Source: Bacteroidota bacterium
GTDB taxonomy: Bacteria; Bacteroidota; Ignavibacteria; UBA10030; SZUA-254
Direction: 5' to 3'
Length of the DNA: 64,000 nucleotides
NCBI GenBank assembly: GCA_033854175.1
Contig: JAWOKN010000096.1
Span: forward strand, 73,725-137,724
The notes under the pieces are model-generated. The model was given only the letters and a program-made list of their open reading frames with translations. It did not search any database and had not been told where the DNA came from. The position numbers were made by a program, and so were the translations under genes. This document shows, piece by piece, positions 20,958 through 31,554 of the stretch (its first letter is position 1; every line of letters starts with the position of its first letter).

Positions 20958-20975
20958 AGTTAACGACGCCGGTTT

Positions 20976-22613
<1,638 letters not shown>

Positions 22614-23246
22614 TCATTTGACGGAGAGATGTTCGGGAGTCACAATTCCGCCAGAAAGAGCGAGTTTGAGCCCCTCTTCGACCGAAATGTCGAGGACACG
22701 GAGATTTTCTCTCGGGGCGAGTATCAGCAAGCCCGATGTCGGATTTGGCGGATTGAGTATATAAACGCTGACAAGTTCCTTCACGGGTGCGGCATTGAGA
22801 AACGTTAATTCGTTCGTAACGAACCCGATTGTCCAAAGGTCCTTGCGAGGATATTCAACGAGGACCACCTGTCGAAACGATTTTCCTTTTTTCCCCGATT
22901 GAAATGCATTGAGGAGATCCTTCATCGCGCTATAAATCGTTCGTGCAAGCGGGATCGAAGAGATGAGCCGTTCGAAGGATTTTAATAACGTCAGACCAAA
23001 AAGATTCCTTGTTTGGAGTCCGATGAGAAGGATAAGGATAAACATGGCAATGAAACCCAGACCGGGGATGTGTCGGGCGAGGATATGATCGAAGATTGGT
23101 GAGATGATGCCGTCGACCGCGTTGAATAAGCCTTGCAGGACCCAGATGGTTATGACGACGGGGACGGTAACAACAAGTCCGCGTCCGAACGTCGTCCGGA
23201 AAAATTGCCACACAGTTATGTGTTCCCGTTCATGATCGTCGTTCAT
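22614..23246 (-). CDS. DUF502-family membrane protein
   Basis: Two TM helices and the IPLARTIYSAMKDL...VVLVEYPRKDLWTIGFVT pattern. Confidence 0.75.
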   Translation of the reverse strand: MNDDHEREHITVWQFFRTTFGRGLVVTVPVVITIWVLQGLFNAVDGIISPIFDHILARHIPGLGFIAMFILILLIGLQTRNLFGLTLLKSFERLISSIPLARTIYSAMKDLLNAFQSGKKGKSFRQVVLVEYPRKDLWTIGFVTNELTFLNAAPVKELVSVYILNPPNPTSGLLILAPRENLRVLDISVEEGLKLALSGGIVTPEHLSVK

Positions 23247-24058
23247 GGTGTACTCCTGATTGATTTGGTCCGTAAAATAGCGCGCACGCGCTCAGCATCC
23301 TCAGGGGTGTCAACCGGCATGCTGTCGAATGTTGTGACACGAGTTTTAACCTTTATTCCGTGCTCCAGCAATCTGAGCTGTTCAAGCTTTTCAGCACGTT
23401 CAAGTTTTGATTCATCCCATCCTGCGAATCTCAGCAGGACTCCGCGCCGGTAGACATAAAGGCCGATATGTTTGTAATATGTGTGGTATAAGTGCCATTG
23501 TTTACTGTTGTGATCGTCCCGGATGTGTGGAATGGGCGAGCGGGAGAAGTAGAGTGCAAAACCATCCTGATCAACCACAACTTTGACAACGTTCGGATTC
23601 AGCAGTTCACTCGCTGAATTCATTTCCCGAACGAGTGTGCTAGCTTGAATCTGTTCGTCGGTGAGCAGCGGTTCGACGGCCTCATTGATCATCGGGGGAG
23701 GGATAAGGGGTTCATCACCCTGGATATTCACAAATATGTCGCCTTCAGGATGCTGAGAGGCTGCAAAAGCGACACGATCGGTGCCCGAGCGTAGCTCGAT
23801 TGGGGTCATCATGGCTTTTCCACCGAACGAAGCGACAGCATCGGCAATTTCCTGGTGGTCAGTTGCGACGATGACCTCGCTGAGAGATGCCGCTTTCGAT
23901 GCCTGCTCATAGACATGCTGGATCATCGGCTTTCCGCAAAGGTCGAGAAGAGGTTTGGCGGGAAGGCGGCTTGATCCATACCGCGCTGGAATAATACCTA
24001 TGACCGATCTGGATTTGCTTTTTTGTTTTTTCTCCACCATCAGAAAATCCTTGAGCAA
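23243..24058 (-). CDS. kdsB: 3-deoxy-manno-octulosonate cytidylyltransferase
   Basis: IGIIPARYGSSRLPAKPL and VNIQGDEPLI. It has a 4-nt overlap with the DUF502 gene. Confidence 0.9.
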   Translation of the reverse strand: MLKDFLMVEKKQKSKSRSVIGIIPARYGSSRLPAKPLLDLCGKPMIQHVYEQASKAASLSEVIVATDHQEIADAVASFGGKAMMTPIELRSGTDRVAFAASQHPEGDIFVNIQGDEPLIPPPMINEAVEPLLTDEQIQASTLVREMNSASELLNPNVVKVVVDQDGFALYFSRSPIPHIRDDHNSKQWHLYHTYYKHIGLYVYRRGVLLRFAGWDESKLERAEKLEQLRLLEHGIKVKTRVTTFDSMPVDTPEDAERVRAILRTKSIRSTP

Positions 24059-24103
24059 ATTTTTACCACGTTAAATAGATCTGTCTTGTTTCCCATGTGT
24101 GTA

Positions 24104-24814
24104 TTATTGTGTTTTGTAGTTTTTCGTGATCACACTGTGGACACGATCTCTTAACTCAAGTTCATTCTCCTTACCGTTTTCGCCCGGTGGCTCAATAGGT
24201 TTGTCGATGATAACCGTGACGGTCCCGGGGTTTAGACGGAAAGATCCTTTTTTCAGAATGTTGAAAGTTCCATTAAGAGTGACCGGTACGACGGGGGTGT
24301 GTGCTTTCATGGCGAGGTTGAACGGTCCCCGCTTGAATGGTTGAAGTTTTCCGTCCTTGGTCCTAGTTCCTTCGCCAAACAGGAGGATGGATGCACCGCC
24401 TCCAATTTTGGAAATCGCATCTTCGATACTCCGCATAGCATCAGTTCCCTTTTTCCGATCGATCGGAATATACGTTTTACCGAATTTTAAACCCCAGCCG
24501 AATATGGGTAGATAATGCAATTCTTTTTTATAAATAATACGTATATCGTAAGGAATAGCCGCAAGAACCACCGGAATATCAAAAAGGCTCGCGTGGTTTG
24601 AAACGTAAACATAACTTTGATGCGGATCAAGAAGTGGAAGCCCTTGTACAGCGAGCGTGATCCTCGCGAGTTTCAGTGTCCCGCGGGCATGAAAACGGGC
24701 GAGTTTTTGATATATTCTCCCATTTGTGTCAAACGGTGAGCAGATAATGACGAGCGACGCCGAGATAATGCTGTGCAGAATAATGATGATAAGCCGTATG
24801 GCGGATATGATCAT
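24104..24814 (-). CDS. plsC: 1-acyl-sn-glycerol-3-phosphate acyltransferase
   Basis: NHASLFD (the HX4D block) and FGEGTRT, with an N-terminal TM helix. Confidence 0.85.
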   Translation of the reverse strand: MIISAIRLIIIILHSIISASLVIICSPFDTNGRIYQKLARFHARGTLKLARITLAVQGLPLLDPHQSYVYVSNHASLFDIPVVLAAIPYDIRIIYKKELHYLPIFGWGLKFGKTYIPIDRKKGTDAMRSIEDAISKIGGGASILLFGEGTRTKDGKLQPFKRGPFNLAMKAHTPVVPVTLNGTFNILKKGSFRLNPGTVTVIIDKPIEPPGENGKENELELRDRVHSVITKNYKTQ

Positions 24815-25276
24815 GGGATGATGGTACGGCAGTTTATTCGGGAATGGCCATTCATCGGATCGTGAAAAGGGTCAGTCGGGGGAGGGAGAGGTACCTCTGC
24901 TTGGTTAAAAAACACATAAGCAAACGTTGGCACCGATGAATCCTCACGAAGAAATGAACTACATCATGGTTTACACAACATACAAAATGTGCGAATGATT
25001 TGCAAAACATCGCTGCCCCGTTTACTTTGCAAATTATGTTCCCCGTGGCATAGCGATACCGATCTCGCTGCTGCTGATTTCTCAGGTGGACATATCAATC
25101 TGAGCAAAAGCAGGGTCACAACCCGCTCAAATACATTAGTCAGTTTTCGAATGCGGATGTCGATTTATTCGGTGAGGTGGGTAGAACTTTCGCTCGCGAG
25201 AATTTTCTGCCGGATTTCATGAGTATTCCCTAGAATAATTCCGGCAATGACATCGGATCTATTTTTCAGCAGTAAC

Positions 25277-25310
25277 AAAAAACCCTCTGTGGTCCTCACA
25301 GAGGGTTTTT
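25277..25310. terminator. Bidirectional rho-independent terminator
   Basis: A6-CCCTCTGTG-ggtcct-CACAGAGGG-T5. The perfect 9-bp GC-rich stem (25283-25291/25297-25305) is flanked by an A-run and a T-run. Confidence 0.65.
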
Positions 25311-25512
25311 CTCGTGTTCCCTAATCCACAACTTCCTGCGGTGCTCTTTAAGGAGAAATGAAGTCATCATCATCATCCAACGCCGTGCCTGCGCCGTTGG
25401 CACCACAAGCAGGAGGGTAAAAAATTCCACTTCTAATCGATAATCTCCCAAGTTATCAAAGTAGAAGCTTGGTTTTCATACTCTCCTTACCATATATTCA
25501 TTACATTCGGAA

Positions 25513-26942
25513 TTATCTGCGGAAAATTTTATCATAAAATTTTAAAAGGTGAATTTCTCCGATCATAATATGATGAATTCGCGATTCCCTGGGCATGGTA
25601 TCGGACTGTTTTCTCTTATATCTTTCAAGCTCGGGATTTATGAAATGGACATGCCCGAACTTGGAAGAAATTCTCAGGCGGCAGCAATGGGATACGCGAA
25701 GAAAGCTACTCCGGATGAATAACGGAGGATTAAAGTTTAGCGTGGCTCGAGAGGAGGATAGTTCATTCCGTAGACGCACTCAATCGATGTCGACCTTTCG
25801 TAACGACACGGACCCATTCAATTCCATTCCAATATTGAATATGATCTCGCAGATTGGAGAGGCAGGTCAGAGTGATGAGCCCCGTCAGCTTACTTTCTTC
25901 AACAAGGTTTTGATGAAACGCGTCGATATTATTATCGGATTTTATCCGGAGCAATTTCAGGATATGATAAAAATAATAATGAAAATCGAAGTGAATCCCG
26001 CCTAAGGATCCGCTTACAACCGTGATCTGGAGGGTTTGTTCATAGGTTTCAGTAATCCGGGCCACGATGCCGTGGGTATGGAAAAGCGTGTCGAGATCTG
26101 AGAGAGGGAGTCGGTTATAATAGAATTCGGCATCTGAGGGCCAAGTAGAAAATTCCTGCACGGTGTGGCTTTCCTGCGGTCGAGGATGCCATCCGGCCGG
26201 AGAACGGCGAGCATTGGGAACTCCTCGTGCGTGATATCTTTTGTGTCGTTCTATCCGCCTGCAAGTAATTCTTCAGCACCTGTGTGGTCGAGATCCCTGA
26301 AGAGCATTGGGCTGAATTGGCCGAAGTGCCAGTATTCATCGAGTGTATTTCCATCAGGGTCCAGCCTGCACAACACCGAAGGTGATCTTCCAAGGCTATT
26401 TCCTACGACAAATATTTCACTCTTGCCGTCAATAACTTTCCGGGTCAGAAGATAAGTAAGGTTGATATACGGACTGTATTCGTCCACTCTACCGGCGAGA
26501 TGCACTGTTCGCCGGATCGCTCTGTGACGATGAAGTTTTGCAGAAATTGAACGGAGAGGTTCATATTGCGCAAGATCTTGCTGAGACCGGGATCGGTCTC
26601 ATGATAGATCCGGAATATGCTCTGATTCATGCGGAAAAAAACAAGTCTCCGGAGATGTACGAGGAACTACTCAACGTTCGAACTTTCGGGTGATATTCCA
26701 TTGAAGTAAAGTTTGATCTGCAAAAAAGTGCCCGTGGTATCCCTGTTACATAGATCGGCGATACAATCGAGGACTAAATCTTCCAGCCTTAGTGCAGAGA
26801 AATCACGATACATCTGACCCGTAGACACTTTTTTCCTGAGATAGACGAGAGCGGTTTTTCTGCAAATAAAAGTGAGTTCTCTGCCAGCATTGTCGTCAGG
26901 ATGGGATGAGAAGATACTCTCAAGTATTTTCTTTATCTCCAC
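25513..26942 (-). pseudogene. Decayed gene: a chain of five or six overlapping minus-strand ORFs broken by two in-frame TAG codons and at least three frame changes
   Basis: ORFs 26667-26942 and 26445-26630 share a frame and are separated by TAG 26667-26669. The frame switches near 26505. TAG at 26251-26253 interrupts ...DLDHTGAEELLAGG*NDTKDITHEEF.... The frame switches again near 26170 and 25770. Confidence 0.5.
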
Positions 26943-27026
26943 GAGGCTTATAATTAATCAAGCGATGCTCCCCCGATTGTTGCAGGTAGTGTAGAAAAGT
27001 GATAAAAAATCAAGGTGATAAAATGC

Positions 27027-27962
27027 TTAAATCGAGCGAGATTCCACTTTTTTATTCCATTGCATGATAAGTTTCGGGGCTGTCCTGATGGTAAAAATCA
27101 TGAAAAGTGCGCCGCCCAGAAGATCGGCAACGTAGTGATATCGAAGATAGACTGTGCTGATGATGAGAAGTGTGCCGAAGATATAAAGCCACCACCGTGA
27201 GCTGATTCTGAATTTGTGTGCAAGATACATGACGATGAGCGTCATTTGTGTGTGTCCGCTCGGAAATGCATCGCGTTGTGCGAATGCAATCGGATTTGGC
27301 ACATGCTGCGGAATAGATTCACCAGAATTGATGAAATCTCGGAGGGGGTTAGTGAAGATAATACCGGGAAGATCGGTGTTCAATTTATCAAACTCGTGAA
27401 GTGTGAACCGGGGTCCAACGGCGGGAAAGATCATATACCCCACATACGATAACAGGAAACCGTAGGTTATGGTAAATACAGTGAACGAAAATTTCTGATA
27501 TTCCTGTCGTGCATAAAGCTCGGCACCAAGGGTGATCATTAACAGGTAATAACTTACATAGGCGACCTGAAGTATTTCTGTTATCAAGGGAGACGAGAAT
27601 TTCGTTAACCAGACGGTCGGATCGGTGTGAAAAATGTACCGGTCGCACTCTATAAGAAATTGATCCCAATCTTTCAGCCCCAATCCCTGAATAACGAAAT
27701 AGATTTCTTTAAAAACAAAAAAGATAACCGGAACCGGATACCAGTCATGAATAACCCGAAGGAATTTCCGCTGTGGATCCCGAGCGATCCGGGCCAGGAA
27801 TACAATCACGGATGATCCGGCTATATTGGCGATGATGACATAGGGCCATTCGGGAATTGTTCCGCTTCTGAAGACAATATAGATTCCCAGAGAACAGAGG
27901 AAGATAATAATCAGGGCATCGACAGGAGCAAGTTGCCGCCACCATGCTAATCGTTTAGTCAT
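27027..27962 (-). CDS. PAP2-superfamily membrane phosphatase/phosphotransferase
   Basis: It is multi-TM, with PAP2 motifs PSGHT (DAFPSGHTQM) and YHYVADLLGGA. Confidence 0.75.
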   Translation of the reverse strand: MTKRLAWWRQLAPVDALIIIFLCSLGIYIVFRSGTIPEWPYVIIANIAGSSVIVFLARIARDPQRKFLRVIHDWYPVPVIFFVFKEIYFVIQGLGLKDWDQFLIECDRYIFHTDPTVWLTKFSSPLITEILQVAYVSYYLLMITLGAELYARQEYQKFSFTVFTITYGFLLSYVGYMIFPAVGPRFTLHEFDKLNTDLPGIIFTNPLRDFINSGESIPQHVPNPIAFAQRDAFPSGHTQMTLIVMYLAHKFRISSRWWLYIFGTLLIISTVYLRYHYVADLLGGALFMIFTIRTAPKLIMQWNKKVESRSI

Positions 27963-28024
27963 GAAGTTATCTCACCCGGACTGCAAGATATCAAAAGGGG
28001 TTGAAAAAGGGACGGGCGCATACC

Positions 28025-30658
28025 TCATATCCAGGATTTTCGGATGAGGATCGTTTTCACGACCTGGGTCAGAGTGACATAGCAGAGAAGAGTCAGGAGC
28101 AAGAGAGGCCAGTACAGCACCGGCAGCTCGGTAAAACCCAGCGATGGTGCCAGTCCGGAGTGTGGCAACAACAAACCGACTCCCATGATAATCGCTGATG
28201 TGAGGATCAGTGGGACACTCGGGATGCTTTGTAGAAATGGAATTTTATTAGTGCGGATAATATGAATGATGAGAGTTTGCGTCATAAGGGATTCGACAAA
28301 CCATCCCGTCTGAAACAGCGATGCGCGCTGGGGGTCCCAGCAGTTGAAAACATACAGCATGATGAAATATGTCGTGTAATCAAATATTGAGCTGATCGGG
28401 CCGATGAAGAGAATAAACCTTTTAATTTCATCCATCGACCATGGCCTCGGCTTTGCGACCTGCTCAGGATCAACATTGTCCGTTGGAATCGGTACTTGTG
28501 AAAAATCGTACATCAGATTGTTGGTAAGAACCTGTATGGGGAGCATGGGCACAAAGGGGAGGAAAGCACTGGCCCCCAAAACGCTGAACATGTTACCGAA
28601 GTTTGAACTCGCACCCATTCTCACATACTTGACGATATTGGCAAAGACTTTACGGCCTTCGAGGACTCCCTCTTCGAGGACCATCAGGCTTTTTTCAAGG
28701 AGAATGACATCAGCGGATTCCTTGGCGATATCGACGGCGGAATCGACGGAAATACCAACATCAGCGGCACGCAGGGCCGGTGCATCATTGATCCCGTCTC
28801 CCATGAATCCGACGACATGTTTTTTTGCCCTTAGCACCTCGATAATACGTTGCTTGTGCGCAGGGGAAAGGCGTGCGAAAATTGTTGCCTTTTCAGCTGC
28901 CTCAAGCAACTCTTCGTCTGACATTTTTTCGATGTCCGTACCGATAACAAGGTTTTCAGTCGGCAGGCCTACCTCATGGCATACTTTTTTACTGACGAGA
29001 TCGTTGTCTCCCGTGAGGATCTTTACGGTGACACCATGTTTTTGCAGCGCCGCGATTGCCGGGCCGGCGCTTTCCTTCGGTGGATCAAGGAATGCCACAT
29101 ATCCCTTCAGGACGAGATCATTTTCATCATCCCGTGAATAAGCCGGTTTGCGTTCAAGATCCTTGTACGCTACTGCGAGGACGCGGAATCCATCTTCACT
29201 CAGACGCTCGTGCTCATCACGAAGATCCTGAATGAGTATCTGATCCATCGGAAGAATTTCTTCCTCAAGCTCAAACCGCGTGCAACGGCGGAAAATTTCT
29301 TCCGGTGCACCTTTTGTCAGAAGCCGGTGGATTCCATCAGGTCGTTCGACAACCACCGACATCATACGTCGCGAAAAATCAAAAGGAATTTCATCCACCT
29401 TCTTATAGTCGTCGATTTTCAGCTGTTGCAACACTTTATCACGGAAATCGAGAATTGCCCTGTCAAGAACATTCTTCAATCCTGTCTGAAAATGGCTCAC
29501 AAGGAAGGCATCCAGTAAAACGAGATCATCTTCTTTCCGCACAACATCGCAGTGCCGCTCGAGAACAACATGATCCATGGTCAGGGTTCCCGTTTTGTCT
29601 GTGCAAAGCACATCCATCGCCCCGAAGTTTTGTATGGAATTCAGCCTTTTGACAATAACCTTTTTCCTCGACATCAGTATTGCACCCTTGGAAAGACTGA
29701 CCGAAACAATCATCGGCAGCATTTCGGGGGTAAGTCCGACGGCAACAGCAAGGGCGAAGAAAAATGCTTCTCCCCAGTTACCCTTTGTTAATCCATTGAT
29801 GAGGAATACCAGTGGGACCATGACCGTCATAAAACGGATCATCAGCCAGGTGAAGCGCTTGATTCCTTTGTCAAAACTTGTTTCCACCTGCTGACCAACA
29901 ATGCTGCCTGCCATTGTGCCGAAATATGTTTGTCGACCCGATGCGACCACAACCGCCAGCGCAGTTCCGCTTTCCACGCTCGTGCCGAGGAAACAGATAT
30001 CTGAAAATTCTAGCGGTGTGATGTTTTCCCGCGTCTCTTTTATATCAAATTTTTCTATTGGAAGCGACTCGCCGGTGAGGCTGGCCTGAATGATGAACAG
30101 ATCCTTCGAGGAGACAACCCGCAGGTCGGCGGGGATCATATCACCCGCGGAGAGTTTCACAATATCCCCTGGTACGAGGTCTTTCAGAGGTACTTCAATC
30201 GCCTGTCCGTCGCGGATGGCGGTTGCCGTGACCTTGATCATCGCTTTTAATTTTGTCGCTGCTGTATCAGCCCGGTTTTCCTGGATGAATCTGAGGAGAA
30301 CGCCAAGAATGACCATTAGGCACATGACGATGCCCGCGCGAATATCGCCGGTTGCGAATGAAATAATTGCGAGAGCTGTGAGTAGGATAACAAGGGGATT
30401 CCGCGTTGTTGTCATGAGACGCCAGAACCAGCCATGTTTCACTTCCTGGGCAACCTCGTTCAGACCGAAGGTCACTTTCCGCGATTCGACCTCTGATTCT
30501 GTTAATCCCTGCAGACTTGTGCCGAGTTTCTCCATTACTTCCCGGGCTTCGGATCTAGCGGCATCAACGATTTGGGGAGATACCTGAATACCCGTTGCGA
30601 ATTTTTTCAGTGGGATTGATATTCGCGAGACGACATTATTGATTATTGGTGTCGGCAT
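28025..30658 (-). CDS. mgtA: Magnesium-translocating P-type ATPase
   Basis: DKTGTLT, TGES and MGDGINDAPAL. The 877-aa size and the C-terminal TM pattern fit MgtA/MgtB. Confidence 0.93.
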   Translation of the reverse strand: MPTPIINNVVSRISIPLKKFATGIQVSPQIVDAARSEAREVMEKLGTSLQGLTESEVESRKVTFGLNEVAQEVKHGWFWRLMTTTRNPLVILLTALAIISFATGDIRAGIVMCLMVILGVLLRFIQENRADTAATKLKAMIKVTATAIRDGQAIEVPLKDLVPGDIVKLSAGDMIPADLRVVSSKDLFIIQASLTGESLPIEKFDIKETRENITPLEFSDICFLGTSVESGTALAVVVASGRQTYFGTMAGSIVGQQVETSFDKGIKRFTWLMIRFMTVMVPLVFLINGLTKGNWGEAFFFALAVAVGLTPEMLPMIVSVSLSKGAILMSRKKVIVKRLNSIQNFGAMDVLCTDKTGTLTMDHVVLERHCDVVRKEDDLVLLDAFLVSHFQTGLKNVLDRAILDFRDKVLQQLKIDDYKKVDEIPFDFSRRMMSVVVERPDGIHRLLTKGAPEEIFRRCTRFELEEEILPMDQILIQDLRDEHERLSEDGFRVLAVAYKDLERKPAYSRDDENDLVLKGYVAFLDPPKESAGPAIAALQKHGVTVKILTGDNDLVSKKVCHEVGLPTENLVIGTDIEKMSDEELLEAAEKATIFARLSPAHKQRIIEVLRAKKHVVGFMGDGINDAPALRAADVGISVDSAVDIAKESADVILLEKSLMVLEEGVLEGRKVFANIVKYVRMGASSNFGNMFSVLGASAFLPFVPMLPIQVLTNNLMYDFSQVPIPTDNVDPEQVAKPRPWSMDEIKRFILFIGPISSIFDYTTYFIMLYVFNCWDPQRASLFQTGWFVESLMTQTLIIHIIRTNKIPFLQSIPSVPLILTSAIIMGVGLLLPHSGLAPSLGFTELPVLYWPLLLLTLLCYVTLTQVVKTILIRKSWI

Positions 30659-30685
30659 ATCATAAGATGATTGAATCTGTCCTAG

Positions 30686-31552
30686 TCACAGTGAGACGTC
30701 CCCGGCCGGCGAACCAAGGCGAGCACTGGATATTCCACGCAGATGCAATCCGGTTTCCTCGGTCAAGGTAATAAAATCATCGGTATCCAATTCCTCGGGT
30801 CGCTTATTAAGCGGAAACTTGATCATTCCAAGCAATTTGTTGACTGTCTGTTCATCATACGGAAGATAATGTAAACTGTTGCGAAGTGTCTTCCGGCGTT
30901 TGCCGAAGGTTGTCCGGATAATTGTCCGAAAAAGTTTCTGATCGACATTATACCGCACCTGACCGAAGATCCGCAGCTGAATGACTGAGGAGGTCACACG
31001 TGGTTTGGGATAAAAGCATTCAGGTGAAACATCGAAAAGGATAGCAGGTGAGCTGTAAAATTGAGTAAGAACGCTCAAAATCCCATATGCTTTTGTGTTC
31101 GGCCTAGCGATTATACGCTGCGCAACCTCCCGTTGTACCATGAAGGTGCAGTCGGTGATATCTGCTGTGTGATCGATAATCTTAAAGAGGATCGGGCTTG
31201 TGAGATGATAGGGAATATTCCCGACAATTCTAAATTTTTGATGGAATTTTTTCCGCCAGGAGGTAAAATCGGTGTTTAGGATATCCTCGTGCACGACGGT
31301 AACTTTGGTGCAATTGAACTCGCGTCGAAGGCTTTCAACGATTCGACCATCGATTTCAATAAGAGCGATGGCTTTGACCAATGGAACCAGGGAACGGGAG
31401 AGAGCGCCATTTCCGGGACCGATTTCAAGGAAGCAATCGTTTCCGGTCGGAACTAGGTGGCGGAGAGTTTTCCGGATAATATTATCATCGACAAGGAAAT
31501 TTTGACCGAGAGATTGTTTAGGCTTGAACGTCAGGTGTCGCGGCGACATCAC
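30686..31552 (-). CDS. rsmA: 16S rRNA (adenine1518/1519-N6)-dimethyltransferase
   Basis: KQSLGQNFLVDDNIIRK, LEIGPGNGALS and NIPYHLTSPI. Confidence 0.93.
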   Translation of the reverse strand: MMSPRHLTFKPKQSLGQNFLVDDNIIRKTLRHLVPTGNDCFLEIGPGNGALSRSLVPLVKAIALIEIDGRIVESLRREFNCTKVTVVHEDILNTDFTSWRKKFHQKFRIVGNIPYHLTSPILFKIIDHTADITDCTFMVQREVAQRIIARPNTKAYGILSVLTQFYSSPAILFDVSPECFYPKPRVTSSVIQLRIFGQVRYNVDQKLFRTIIRTTFGKRRKTLRNSLHYLPYDEQTVNKLLGMIKFPLNKRPEELDTDDFITLTEETGLHLRGISSARLGSPAGDVSL

Positions 31553-31554
31553 GA

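Noticed and set aside
24815-25276. Possible tmRNA, RNase P RNA, tRNA or 6S RNA in the 460-nt gap upstream of plsC
   Set aside because: Neither strand has a GGTTCGAAT/GGTTCGATT T-loop box, a tRNA-like acceptor ending in CCA, an ANDxxALAA-type tag frame, or the GAGGAAAGTCC RNase P core. It is kept only as an unclassified sRNA candidate.
25595-26005. 136-aa plus-strand ORF antisense to the decayed locus
   Set aside because: The C-terminal half (…LTFFNKVLMKRVDIIIGFYPEQFQDMIKIIMK) is superficially protein-like, but there is no SD or recognisable domain. It mirrors the AT-rich minus-strand reading frame, so I treat it as a shadow, and homology search should arbitrate.
30659-30685. M-box or mgtL-type leader in front of mgtA
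   Set aside because: The intergenic space is only 27 nt, too short for any known Mg2+ leader.
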